DNA of 53,289 bases from a virus (IMGVR_UViG_3300030101_004884:1-53289); one strand, 5' to 3'; shown: positions 5,863-15,278, counted from the first letter of the stretch. Notes: a model not told the origin generated them from the letters alone. Program-made: numbers and translations.

Positions 5863-6573
5863 GTGAATGAGTTGGCACTTTTTGCAGGAGCAGGCGGAGG
5901 AATCCTGGGAGGGTCATTGCTTGGATGGCGCACCCTCGCGGCTGTTGAAATTAATCCCTTTTGCAGGCGAGTCCTGCTCGCAAGACAACGAGACGGATGC
6001 TTGCCCGAGTTCCCCATCTGGGATGACGTGTCCACCTTCGATGGTCGACCATGGCGTGGATACATCGACATCATCACCGGAGGGTTCCCGTGCCAGGACA
6101 TTAGCACAGCAGGAGCAGGCGCTGGCATTTCGGGCAAAAGGTCAGGGCTCTGGTCGGAAATGGCGCGGATATGCAGCGAGATTATGCCGAGATTCATATA
6201 TGTGGAAAATAGCCCAATGCTCACAGGACGTGGACTTGACCGAGTTCTCATGGATATGGCCGCAATGGGGTATGATGCGCGATGGGGTATGTTATCCGCA
6301 GCCGATACGGGCGCACTCCATAAGCGCAAGCGCATCTGGGTTTTGGCCAACACCAACGGTTTACGGAAACCACAACAGGAAGGGCGCGAGCAAGTATTCG
6401 GGCGACGGCTTGGCGACAGCGGTTCGGAAGAATGCGGAAGTCGGTGGCCCCCTGAACCCTCAGTGGGTCGAATGGCTCATGGGGTGGCCGATAGGGTGGA
6501 CAGACTTAAGGCCCTTGGAAATGGACAGGTTCCAAGAGTGGCGGCGTCAGCATTCTTAATGTTGAAAAAATAG
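5863..6573 (+). CDS. C5-cytosine DNA methyltransferase, alpha-type polypeptide (motifs I-VIII and X)
   Basis: LFAGAGG, GGFPCQ, VENSP, HKRKRIW and RLKALGNGQVP. Confidence 0.92.
   Translation: MNELALFAGAGGGILGGSLLGWRTLAAVEINPFCRRVLLARQRDGCLPEFPIWDDVSTFDGRPWRGYIDIITGGFPCQDISTAGAGAGISGKRSGLWSEMARICSEIMPRFIYVENSPMLTGRGLDRVLMDMAAMGYDARWGMLSAADTGALHKRKRIWVLANTNGLRKPQQEGREQVFGRRLGDSGSEECGSRWPPEPSVGRMAHGVADRVDRLKALGNGQVPRVAASAFLMLKK
5867..6559 (+). CDS. nested +1-frame methyltransferase partner polypeptide (TRD/motif IX-like)
   Basis: 230-aa ORF entirely inside the MTase gene; carries WPTP and LNPQWVEWLMGWPIGWT, the segment absent from the main frame. Confidence 0.75.
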   Translation: MSWHFLQEQAEESWEGHCLDGAPSRLLKLIPFAGESCSQDNETDACPSSPSGMTCPPSMVDHGVDTSTSSPEGSRARTLAQQEQALAFRAKGQGSGRKWRGYAARLCRDSYMWKIAQCSQDVDLTEFSWIWPQWGMMRDGVCYPQPIRAHSISASASGFWPTPTVYGNHNRKGASKYSGDGLATAVRKNAEVGGPLNPQWVEWLMGWPIGWTDLRPLEMDRFQEWRRQHS

Positions 6574-6673
6574 CCTGCTCCCATCACAGACCTGCTGCTC
6601 ACCATCGAGCAACCCACCCTCCATATGGCGGCTCGTCAGCCTACCGGATCACAACCAGGGACTTCATTTGGTA

Positions 6674-7843
6674 TTAATTACAGTTCGTCGAAAAGAAGTC
6701 GAGAAGATCGTCAATCATCCAGACCGAGTATCCTAGAAAAAATATGGTTCCTCCCGTTGGTATGCCTATTTGCTCATATTCAGCAACATAATTAGGCTTA
6801 ATAACTGAATGAACAATGATACCAGAAGCAATACATGCCGACGTGGCCTCTTCAAGCGCCATGCTTTGCGCTGACTGGGGCTCTTCGTCGGTGAAGACAA
6901 GGAGATGTCTTTCTGCGTCTTGTCTCCAGGTGATTTCTGACGAGGAACAGACTTCATGGATGGCATCAATACCTGGCTCAAGGCCTCCTCCAATATTCGT
7001 AGCATTTATAATTTCTCCTTGGAATGTCGTGCCATCCACAAGGTCGGTGATAATCCTCATGGTTGCGTATCCAAATATTCTTTGTTCGTGCCTGGGTCCT
7101 GGAAAGACCGCTGCGCCGAACCGAGTTTCAGTGTCATTCATGGCTCCGGCTACGGTATGCGTTGTTGTTATTGCTTCGTTGAAAAGCGAGTCCATAGAGC
7201 CGGAACCGTCTATGATAAAAAATATGTCAATTTTATCAAAAAGATCTTCATCGATAAGGCCATCGCAATCATTGTCAAGACCGTCGCATATCTCCGTCGT
7301 CGGCGTTTTTTCGTGCAAGCACATTTCTTGAGCATTAACACAGTCTATCACCCCTGCCCTGCATTCGCCGAAAGCCAGCGTTTCAGGATTTCCAGTATAG
7401 CAAAGCTCCAAAGAAAGATTGTTGTCAACCAGACCATCGCAATCATCGTCGAGCCCATTGCAAACTTCGTCCACGCCTTCTTCTCTTCCTCTACAAACTC
7501 TTTGTCCTTCATCGCACACCTCCGTGCCAGCGTTACAAATACCTAAATTGGAACCACAGGCTTGTCCGGCCCACTCCTCGGTAAGGTTGTTATCAATTTC
7601 TCCATCGCAATCATCGTCGATCTGGTTACACAGCTCAGGGACGGGCAGTGTTTGGCCTTGGCAATTCACTACGATGTCGTTTTCATCACAAATCGTTACG
7701 CCGACCCCACAAGGTCCATTGCCTGCCGTTCCAGGGGGGCCAGCGTAACAGGGGAGATTGCAAGCCTTTGAAACCATCGCGATGTCTTCATCACATCCAG
7801 CCAAAGACAATAAAACCAATAAAGACAACACGGCTTTGTTCAT
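6674..7843 (-). CDS. lipoprotein with Cys/Asp-rich MopE-like repeats and a C-terminal vWA domain
   Basis: Lipobox LAGC; three ExC(N/D)xxD(D/N)DCDGx(I/V)D repeats; MIDAS DGSGS and FTDE. Confidence 0.85.
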   Translation of the reverse strand: MNKAVLSLLVLLSLAGCDEDIAMVSKACNLPCYAGPPGTAGNGPCGVGVTICDENDIVVNCQGQTLPVPELCNQIDDDCDGEIDNNLTEEWAGQACGSNLGICNAGTEVCDEGQRVCRGREEGVDEVCNGLDDDCDGLVDNNLSLELCYTGNPETLAFGECRAGVIDCVNAQEMCLHEKTPTTEICDGLDNDCDGLIDEDLFDKIDIFFIIDGSGSMDSLFNEAITTTHTVAGAMNDTETRFGAAVFPGPRHEQRIFGYATMRIITDLVDGTTFQGEIINATNIGGGLEPGIDAIHEVCSSSEITWRQDAERHLLVFTDEEPQSAQSMALEEATSACIASGIIVHSVIKPNYVAEYEQIGIPTGGTIFFLGYSVWMIDDLLDFFSTNCN

Positions 7844-8094
7844 TAAACACCCATTCGATCCAGTAGGCTGTCCACAAGACCCCTTGTTGCGCCTGCCATG
7901 TTCGCCAGCTCGTAAAGCTCTTGTTTGCTAATAAATCCGCGTTGATACACGCCAATGGCGTAAAAGAAAAGCTTTGCGCGATCTTCATCACCGTTGAAAT
8001 ACATATCAACAACGTTCTGCATGGGTCTGTATGATTTAGCTTCAAGGTCTAAAATGCGCTCAAGCTCATATATTTTTTCTTTTATATCTATCAT
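7843..8094 (-). CDS. hypothetical protein
   Basis: Start moved to MIDIK, downstream of the terminator; stop/start overlap with the lipoprotein gene. Confidence 0.6.
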   Translation of the reverse strand: MIDIKEKIYELERILDLEAKSYRPMQNVVDMYFNGDEDRAKLFFYAIGVYQRGFISKQELYELANMAGATRGLVDSLLDRMGV

Positions 8095-8105
8095 TTTGCG
8101 CCCAT

Positions 8106-8144
8106 AAAAAAACCGACCCGTAGGCACACGCCAGTCAGGTCGGT
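8106..8144 (-). terminator. intrinsic terminator
   Basis: ACCGACC...GGTCGGT stem followed by a T run on the minus strand. Confidence 0.55.
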
Positions 8145-8171
8145 CAAGACAAAAGGTTTTTAAAATTTATC

Positions 8172-8480
8172 TTATATCATGTAATCGGGCAAGCCTTTGC
8201 CGTCATGGGGCTCATAATATCTTTCACGCATACCCAAATCGGAGACAGCCCTGATGCGATCCTTTGAGACTGCCATTACTTTTCTTATGTGTTTTTGAGA
8301 CTTGCCTTTTCTGTTGTATTCGGCAATTCTGTTGCCCTCGGTAAGGTATCTTCTTATTTTTGCGGCAGGAATCTTTAGTCTAACGGCTATAGACAATATG
8401 CCAATGCCTTCGTTATATAGCTTAATAATGTCTTCGCATGGAAGTTCAAATGCGCTATCGAGTTGGCTTCCTAATTTCAA
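8172..8480 (-). CDS. HTH-like hypothetical protein, divergent from TerS
   Basis: IIKLYNEGIGILSIAVRLKIPAAKIRRYL helix-turn-helix pattern; AGGAGG RBS before a TTG start. Confidence 0.65.
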   Translation of the reverse strand: MKLGSQLDSAFELPCEDIIKLYNEGIGILSIAVRLKIPAAKIRRYLTEGNRIAEYNRKGKSQKHIRKVMAVSKDRIRAVSDLGMRERYYEPHDGKGLPDYMI

Positions 8481-8510
8481 TTTGTCCTCCTTTTATGATA
8501 AGTAACCAGT

Positions 8511-8990
8511 ATGACTGATATTTTAAGTTTACGCAACGGTGTTGCTCAAAGAACGACCGCAAAAAATGTTTTAAAGCTGAGAAAGATGGGCTTAGACGCA
8601 CAGCAGATTTCTGGCGAGCTTGATATGCCGCTTGACCGCGTTAAGAACATCATTTCAAATGCATTGAAGGCTCTCGCAAAAGAGATGAAGGGTCAAGCAG
8701 AGCAGATTAGGTCTTTAGAGCTAACGCGCCTAGATGAGCTTCAGACCGCTATCTGGGCAGACTGTATGGATGGCAAACTTACCGCTATTGATCGCGTATT
8801 AAAGATCATGGAGCGCAGATCTAAGTTGGTTGGTCTGGATGCGCCTGATCGACTTGATATTAAGGCAGACATGAAGCTTGAGCATATGAAAGAGGCAAAA
8901 GAGCGTTTGATGTCTAAGATTTTGGATATGGTGCCACAGGAAGAAGAAGAGGTGGTGGCCGAACTCCCTGCGCCCGAGCTTGAGGACTAA
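8511..8990 (+). CDS. terS: terminase small subunit
   Basis: N-terminal HTH; LELTRLDEL...AIDRVLKIMERRSKLVGLDAP signature; lies upstream of TerL. Confidence 0.8.
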   Translation: MTDILSLRNGVAQRTTAKNVLKLRKMGLDAQQISGELDMPLDRVKNIISNALKALAKEMKGQAEQIRSLELTRLDELQTAIWADCMDGKLTAIDRVLKIMERRSKLVGLDAPDRLDIKADMKLEHMKEAKERLMSKILDMVPQEEEEVVAELPAPELED

Positions 8991-9238
8991 AAGCACTCCC
9001 ACCTTAAAACGCCAAACTCATCTCTGTGAAATTCGCCTTCTTCGTAAAATGTGTGATTAATCCCCTCAACGGTTACATCGAAGAATGCTTTTTGAAGCTC
9101 ATAGAACGAAGTTATCTGCACTTCCCTAAAAAACCCAAGTCCAAATTCGTCCTCAAAAGCGCAAAGCTCTAGAAGCAGGCACATGGGTTCGCCGTTAAGG
9201 TCTTCGTCTATTTTAACCAGTGAATATCGCCATTCCAC
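8987..9238 (-). CDS. antisense 83-aa hypothetical protein between terS and terL
   Basis: GGAGG RBS 8 nt before a GTG at 9238; fills the otherwise empty gap. Confidence 0.55.
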   Translation of the reverse strand: MEWRYSLVKIDEDLNGEPMCLLLELCAFEDEFGLGFFREVQITSFYELQKAFFDVTVEGINHTFYEEGEFHRDEFGVLRWECF

Positions 9239-9311
9239 CCTTGCGGCCTCCTGTTTTCTTGTTTTATCATATAATGCTTTGATTACGTTATTAAATGTTT
9301 TATATTTAGCC

Positions 9312-10664
9312 ATGGCAACAAGAGTAAAAAAACCTAAAAAAGAAATGCCTTCGACCATGGAGAAAATCCAGGCGCTACCAGAAAAAACCAAACAGGAAAT
9401 ACTCGCGTCCCTGAGCGTTGAGCAGTTGGCCGAAATGGATCATATGTGGGAAATGTGGGCACGCCCCAAGCAGCTTCCTCCAAAGGGAGACTGGTTTGTT
9501 TGGCTGATTTGCGCTGGCCGTGGTTTCGGCAAGACCCGAAGCGGCGCTGAGTTTGTTCGCATGATGGTGGAAAGCGGTCGCGCTAAAAGAGTTGCACTGG
9601 TTGGCCGTACCGCAGCTGATGTTCGTGATGTTATGATTGAGGGCGAATCTGGCATTTTAGCTTGTTGCCCAAAATGGAACAGGCCTGAGTATATTATTAC
9701 AAAACGCAGGCTCGTATGGCCAAACGGTGCGATTGCTACTACTTATTCTTCCCAGGAGCCTGATATGCTTCGTGGTCCCCAGCATGATCTTGCTTGGTGT
9801 GACGAACTTGCAGCATGGCAGTACGATGAAACCTTTGATCACTTAAAGCTAGGTCTGCGTTTGGGGCGTAAGCCAAGAATGTGTATCACCACAACACCTA
9901 AGCCTAACATGTTGATGCGACAGTTATTAAAGTCACAAGGGGTCCATGTAACCACTGGATCGACCTATGAGAACAAAAGCAACTTGTCTAACAACTTCTT
10001 TCAAGAGGTGGTTGGAAGGTATGAGGGTACGTCCCTGGGCCGTCAAGAGATTTACGGCGAACTTTTGGAGGACCTTCCTGGCTCCTTGTGGCGATTTTCT
10101 ACCATCGAGAGGTGTCGCGTTAGCAAGTCGCCCGAGTTCAAGCGCGTGGTGATTGGTGTTGACCCAGCCATTAAATCAGATAAGGATGAGACAGGCATTT
10201 CAGTCTGCGGCATTGGCGAAGATAACAAGGCGTATGTTATAGCAGATCTATCTTGTAGAGAAAGCCCTCAAAACTGGGCGAGAATTGCAATTAACGCTTT
10301 TTTTGAGTATGGTGCTGATCGTATAGTGGCGGAATCCAACCAGGGTGGTGAAATGGTGACTTCGGTTATAAAAACCGCAAACCCCAATGTGCCAGTTAAA
10401 GCTGTTTGGGCTACTAAATCAAAAGCGTCTCGCGCTGAACCCATTTCTGCTTTGTATGAGCAGGGTCGGGTTCACCATATCGGAATCTTTGAGGACCTTG
10501 AAGACCAAATGGTGACTTATCAGCCAGGACAACGAAAATCTCCAGATCGACTGGATGCTATGGTTCATGCGTTAACAGAGTTAATGCTGAAGCGAAAAGC
10601 ACCTTTGGATTTGGCAAAATTTAATTGGGGATTCGGTACTCGCGATAACCCCTGGAGACTGTAG
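9312..10664 (+). CDS. terL: terminase large subunit
   Basis: Walker A GRGFGKT, Walker B AWCDE, nuclease motifs GVDPA and DRLDA; start moved to MATRV. Confidence 0.95.
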   Translation: MATRVKKPKKEMPSTMEKIQALPEKTKQEILASLSVEQLAEMDHMWEMWARPKQLPPKGDWFVWLICAGRGFGKTRSGAEFVRMMVESGRAKRVALVGRTAADVRDVMIEGESGILACCPKWNRPEYIITKRRLVWPNGAIATTYSSQEPDMLRGPQHDLAWCDELAAWQYDETFDHLKLGLRLGRKPRMCITTTPKPNMLMRQLLKSQGVHVTTGSTYENKSNLSNNFFQEVVGRYEGTSLGRQEIYGELLEDLPGSLWRFSTIERCRVSKSPEFKRVVIGVDPAIKSDKDETGISVCGIGEDNKAYVIADLSCRESPQNWARIAINAFFEYGADRIVAESNQGGEMVTSVIKTANPNVPVKAVWATKSKASRAEPISALYEQGRVHHIGIFEDLEDQMVTYQPGQRKSPDRLDAMVHALTELMLKRKAPLDLAKFNWGFGTRDNPWRL

Positions 10665-12017
10665 ATGGCTCGCTACCCCAACTTAGATATTATCGGTCAT
10701 ACAGGTTTAAATTACACAGGCGGCAACATCAACGAGGAATGGCTGACTAAGCTTTCCGGCGACAGGGCGATTCGTGTCTATAAAGAGATGCGAGATAATG
10801 ACGCAATCGTTGGCTCCATTCTTTATGCTATCAAAGCCTTGGTAAGACAGGTGCCATGGGCAGTCGAGGAAAACCATTCTGGCCACCCACAGGCTGAACG
10901 TGCGGCAGAGTTTTTGCGCGAGTGTGCTTTCGATGACATGTCCCTAACATGGGAAGATCTTATATCGGAAATACTTAGCATGCTTGTTTTTGGTTTCTCC
11001 GCTTTTGAGATTGTCTACAAGATTAGACGTGGACCTGACTCACGCAGCCCAAAATACCGATCAAACTACACTGATGGCCTCATAGGGTGGCGCAAGATAG
11101 CAACACGCTCGCAAGACTCCATCACAGAATGGGCGCTAGATGAGGATGGCGGCATACGCGGCTTTTATCAAAACGCATCTCCAAACTACCAGACCGTGTT
11201 TATCCCCATCGAAAAGGCGCTGCTTTTCCGCACGGAAGTAAACAAGAACAATCCTGAAGGCCGCTCGCTGCTTCGCAACGCTTATCGGTCTTATTTTTTC
11301 TTAAAGCGCATCCAGGAACTTGAAGCCATCGGTATTGAGCGTGAACTGGCTGGGTTGCCCGTATTGCAGGTTCCACCTGAAATCATGATGCCAAACGCAA
11401 AGGCGGAGCAGAAAACCCTCCGCAACAACCTTGAGACGCTGATTCAGCAAATCCGCAGAGACGAACGAGAAGGCGTTCTAATGCCTTCCGAGGTTGACTC
11501 CGACAACAGGCCCACAGGGTTCAAGTTATCGCTTCTATCGACCGGAGGGCGGCGTCAAATCGATACCAACGAAACCATCAAGAGATACGAGTCTCGCATC
11601 GCGATGTCAGTACTTGCTGAGTTCATTTTGCTCGGTACTGATTCTCACGGGTCGTTCGCTCTGGCGTCATCCAAGACCGACCTTTTTGCATCAGCATTGG
11701 GCGGCATCCTAGACTCCATTGAGGCAGTGATGAATCGTTTTGCCGTTGCTCGACTGATGAAGCTCAATCCAGTGTTTCCCAGAGAGTCATGGCCGCGATT
11801 TAAGCATGGCGACATAGAGAAAGCCCCATTGGATGAGGTTGGAACATTTATCCAGCGAGTGGCGGGTGCGAACCTGTTAACACCAGATGTTGCAGTGGAG
11901 GCCAAGGTACGCGAGATGGCGGGTCTGCCCGAGGCGGGACCAGAGACTAAGCTTGTGGAAGATATTGAGGAAGAGGAAGTTGTTGAGGAGGAAGAAGATG
12001 CCCTACAAGACGACTGA
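10665..12017 (+). CDS. portal protein (DUF935/Mu gp29-like)
   Basis: Position after TerL; FGFSAFEIVY, NPEGRSLLR and GSFALA motifs. Confidence 0.9.
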   Translation: MARYPNLDIIGHTGLNYTGGNINEEWLTKLSGDRAIRVYKEMRDNDAIVGSILYAIKALVRQVPWAVEENHSGHPQAERAAEFLRECAFDDMSLTWEDLISEILSMLVFGFSAFEIVYKIRRGPDSRSPKYRSNYTDGLIGWRKIATRSQDSITEWALDEDGGIRGFYQNASPNYQTVFIPIEKALLFRTEVNKNNPEGRSLLRNAYRSYFFLKRIQELEAIGIERELAGLPVLQVPPEIMMPNAKAEQKTLRNNLETLIQQIRRDEREGVLMPSEVDSDNRPTGFKLSLLSTGGRRQIDTNETIKRYESRIAMSVLAEFILLGTDSHGSFALASSKTDLFASALGGILDSIEAVMNRFAVARLMKLNPVFPRESWPRFKHGDIEKAPLDEVGTFIQRVAGANLLTPDVAVEAKVREMAGLPEAGPETKLVEDIEEEEVVEEEEDALQDD

Positions 12018-14367
12018 GCAAGCCTACGCCGTGGCTCGCTCTATGGGTTGCGACAAGATTCATAAAATGCCCGATGGGACATACATGCCTTGCGGTTCAC
12101 ACGCTGAGTATGACAGGATGAAAAAAGATGGACGTAATACAAAGAGTTATAAAGTATCGCTGCCTGTTGAGAATGCTTTGCGTAGAAAAATGCGATCCCA
12201 CAACAGCAGGTACGGAGATGATAAAAAGACTAGAGCAACTCTTGGTGCCCTTAAAAGAGTCTACTCGGACGGTCTTAAGTCATACAAGGAAAACCGAGCC
12301 CAGAGCAGAGAAAAGTGGGCCTACGGAAAAGTGAATGGATACCTTAACTCGCTCGCTAAAGAAATTGAAAAGGCCAAAGGCGATGCATCTTCCACCCCAG
12401 CTCCTCCAAGCGATAGGCGTTCCGGTTCCAGTAGAAACAAGCCAGGTTCGGCATCCGGCTCCAGAGGCGGAATAATTGTTACCGATTCTACCGAGAAAAC
12501 CCTCCGCAACAAGATTGATGCTCACAACGATAAGAACACAAAGTCATGGCAAAAAGCGACCATGGGCAAACTAAAGGCGGTTTATCGTCGCGGAGCAGGC
12601 GCTTTCTCCACATCCCATCGACCTGGTATGACCAGATCACAGTGGGCTTTTGCTAGGGTTAACGCTTTTCTTTATTTGCTGTCTAAGGGCAGGCCAAAAA
12701 ATTCTAAATACATTACCGACAACGATCTTTTGCCTAGCGGCCATCCGGCCCTTAAAAAGTCTGAGGGCTTAGAGAAGTCTAAATCGTTTCGCCCACCGCA
12801 GTCCGTTGCTGACGCAGCTCGACGCGCGTTAGAGGTTCGTGCAAAAAAGCCGCCATCTCAGCGAGGTATGACCCTCGTTGGCCTAGCAAGGGCCAGGGAT
12901 TTATCGAACCGAAAAAGCCTTTCTCTTGATACCGTTAAGAGAATGAAGGCTTATTTTGATCGTCACGAGGTAGATAAAAAAGGTTCTACATGGAGTGAAA
13001 AAGGCAAGGGCTGGCAAGCGTGGCACGGATGGGGTGGCGACGCCGGACGCTCGTGGGCCAATAAAATATTAAGAATGGAATCAAGGACAACAAGGAAGAT
13101 GAATAATATTTTTAAGCTTAAAGAATTATGCGACGGAATGTACCCCCTCATGGTTGCTAATGACTTGTATGAGAAAGTTGAGGTCGGTACTTGGCCTGAG
13201 CTTGCGATGCTCCTGAAAAAGTCTGAAGATTGTTCGTGGATTTACAGCAAGGAAGACGAAGAAATATGTCGTCTTGATAAGAGGCCATCAACTGTTTTAA
13301 AGGTTGAGGGCAAGAAAAGTCATTCCATGCTTTCTGGAAAGCATAAGTACACCCTCGTGGATGCACACGGCAAAACCGTGGAAACGGGATGGCTTGATGA
13401 TGATTTCAGGGTGGCAGACCATGTTACATCTGAAGACCAGGACCCAACCGAGTCAGCAAAAATCATTACTCTGACTGATGAAGACAGAGAGCTTGATGGT
13501 ATCGCAGAGACGATTGCGGATGGCGTTACTACCAAAGAGTTTTTTAAAACCCTGGTTGACAACAAGACCGAGAAGAACGCAAGCCTTGTTTTTCTTTCTT
13601 TGATGCCAACTCTTGATGAAATTGATGCCGGAGAATGTCTTTGCGGTAGCATTAAAAAGAACCTGGGGGAGCAGATAATTGATCCCATCGCAACCCACTT
13701 AGACCAGGTGAGCTTTGTCAACATTGTTCCTTTTGAGGTAACGGATGAGATAGGCAAGAGATCTGCGCCGGACAAAGAAACTGTTGATGAGTGGCGGCCA
13801 CTTGTTGACCTCGCGCTGGCCAAGGCGGATAAAAATGCGATTGTTGTCGCCCTTGGCAAGGATGTTGCCGCTCACTATTTAGATGTGGTTGATTTTGTTA
13901 TGCCGCATCCGTTTTCAAAGTCAAAATACAGCCTTCCACGCAAGGTCGAAGAGCTAAAGAAAGCGTATGAAAAGAAATTTGACCGTCAGGTTAAAATCAC
14001 CAAAAGCGACACCGATAGACGACTTGTTTATGGTGTTGTTTTGGAGCCAGAGGTTATTGATGCACATAATGATGTTGTTTCTGTTGACGAAATAGAAAAC
14101 GCAGCGCATAATTACCTCATAAAGTCTCGAATGATTGGCGATCAGCACAATAAGCCAGCCAAAGCAGACATAGTAGAAAGTTATATTGCACCCGCCGATC
14201 TGGATATAGGTGGTCAGCAAATCAAAAAGGGTTCCTGGGTTATGGTTACGAAAGTACACGATGACCGAATGTGGACAGGCATCAAAAAAGGCTCTTACAC
14301 AGGGTACTCTATTGGTGGCTACGCAGTAAAAGAACCCATTGAAGATGTCGGGCATTTATCACAGTAA
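11998..14367 (+). CDS. multidomain prohead protease (C-terminal XkdF/S78-like) with N-terminal cargo domains, including a UDG-like fold
   Basis: RLVYGVVLEP..D.H, IVESYIAP, KGSWV and YTGYSIGG; start moved to MPYKT. Confidence 0.85.
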   Translation: MPYKTTEQAYAVARSMGCDKIHKMPDGTYMPCGSHAEYDRMKKDGRNTKSYKVSLPVENALRRKMRSHNSRYGDDKKTRATLGALKRVYSDGLKSYKENRAQSREKWAYGKVNGYLNSLAKEIEKAKGDASSTPAPPSDRRSGSSRNKPGSASGSRGGIIVTDSTEKTLRNKIDAHNDKNTKSWQKATMGKLKAVYRRGAGAFSTSHRPGMTRSQWAFARVNAFLYLLSKGRPKNSKYITDNDLLPSGHPALKKSEGLEKSKSFRPPQSVADAARRALEVRAKKPPSQRGMTLVGLARARDLSNRKSLSLDTVKRMKAYFDRHEVDKKGSTWSEKGKGWQAWHGWGGDAGRSWANKILRMESRTTRKMNNIFKLKELCDGMYPLMVANDLYEKVEVGTWPELAMLLKKSEDCSWIYSKEDEEICRLDKRPSTVLKVEGKKSHSMLSGKHKYTLVDAHGKTVETGWLDDDFRVADHVTSEDQDPTESAKIITLTDEDRELDGIAETIADGVTTKEFFKTLVDNKTEKNASLVFLSLMPTLDEIDAGECLCGSIKKNLGEQIIDPIATHLDQVSFVNIVPFEVTDEIGKRSAPDKETVDEWRPLVDLALAKADKNAIVVALGKDVAAHYLDVVDFVMPHPFSKSKYSLPRKVEELKKAYEKKFDRQVKITKSDTDRRLVYGVVLEPEVIDAHNDVVSVDEIENAAHNYLIKSRMIGDQHNKPAKADIVESYIAPADLDIGGQQIKKGSWVMVTKVHDDRMWTGIKKGSYTGYSIGGYAVKEPIEDVGHLSQ

Positions 14368-14424
14368 GCCTGGATATTATTCACTTGCTGCTTGTAATTC
14401 TGCAAGCAATGATAGGAGTCCGTC

Positions 14425-15276
14425 ATGAAAATTAAGCGATTGAAGGAACTTGAAACGCACGAGGTGAGCATTGTCGATAGACCTGCTAATCGCCGCACGT
14501 TTTTAGTTCTTAAAAATGAAACCTCTACAGGAGATAAAGACATGGAAGATAAAATTCTTAGTCTTCTGGATACGCCCTTTGAAAACGAAGAGCAGTATTT
14601 AGAAACTCTAAAGAAAAATGAAATGTCTGATGACGCCATCCAGGCCATCGCGGCTGCAATGCGACTTTTAAAACCACACCAGGAAATGCTTTCCGGTGAA
14701 GGTGTGAATGTCGTAAAGGAGTTATTAGGCATTGAAGAAGAAGAGACGACCTCCGATGATAACGAGGGAACTACTGATACCGAGTTGGATATTAACGAAG
14801 TACCAGAGGACGTTCGTGATCAGGTGGAAAGTCTTTTTAAGAGCCAATCTGAAGCCATTCAAAAGGCTGAGGAACTAGAGAAAGAAATCAATGTGATGAA
14901 AGCTGAAAAGTTGCGAAAGCAATTTATCACTAAAGCTGAGTCAGATTTTGGCAGCGTTCCTGGAACCACTGCTGTTGACCTTGGTGAATTGCTCCAAGAG
15001 TTAACTGCTGTAGCGCCAGAAGCAACGGCAAAAATTGAATCTATCTTAGAATCTGTAAACAAAGCTATGGAAACCTCTGAAGTATTAGAAGAAGCTGGTC
15101 AAGCGGCCAAAGAAGAAACTGGTACTGCATGGGACAAGGTAGAGGCTCGTGCTGCCGAGTTACGTAAAGACAATCCTGATCTTTCCGTATATCAGGCTCG
15201 CGCCAAGGTGTTGGAGAGCAATACCGAACTTTTTCAAGCTTATAATAACGAATTTGAATCCAATAAAAGGAGCTAA
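14425..15276 (+). CDS. scaffold protein with N-terminal protease-like EVSIVDRPAN segment
   Basis: Acidic coiled coil located between the protease and capsid genes. Confidence 0.75.
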   Translation: MKIKRLKELETHEVSIVDRPANRRTFLVLKNETSTGDKDMEDKILSLLDTPFENEEQYLETLKKNEMSDDAIQAIAAAMRLLKPHQEMLSGEGVNVVKELLGIEEEETTSDDNEGTTDTELDINEVPEDVRDQVESLFKSQSEAIQKAEELEKEINVMKAEKLRKQFITKAESDFGSVPGTTAVDLGELLQELTAVAPEATAKIESILESVNKAMETSEVLEEAGQAAKEETGTAWDKVEARAAELRKDNPDLSVYQARAKVLESNTELFQAYNNEFESNKRS

Positions 15277-15278
15277 TA

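Noticed and set aside
5838-6356. Antisense 172-aa ORF over the MTase, and similar shadow ORFs across structural genes
   Set aside because: No recognisable motifs or RBS; explained by codon bias of the sense genes, unlike the +1 frame ORF, which carries MTase motifs.
9183-9311. N-terminal extension of TerL (likewise 11887..11997 for the protease)
   Set aside because: These are longest-ORF artefacts overlapping other genes; better starts are at 9312 and 11998.
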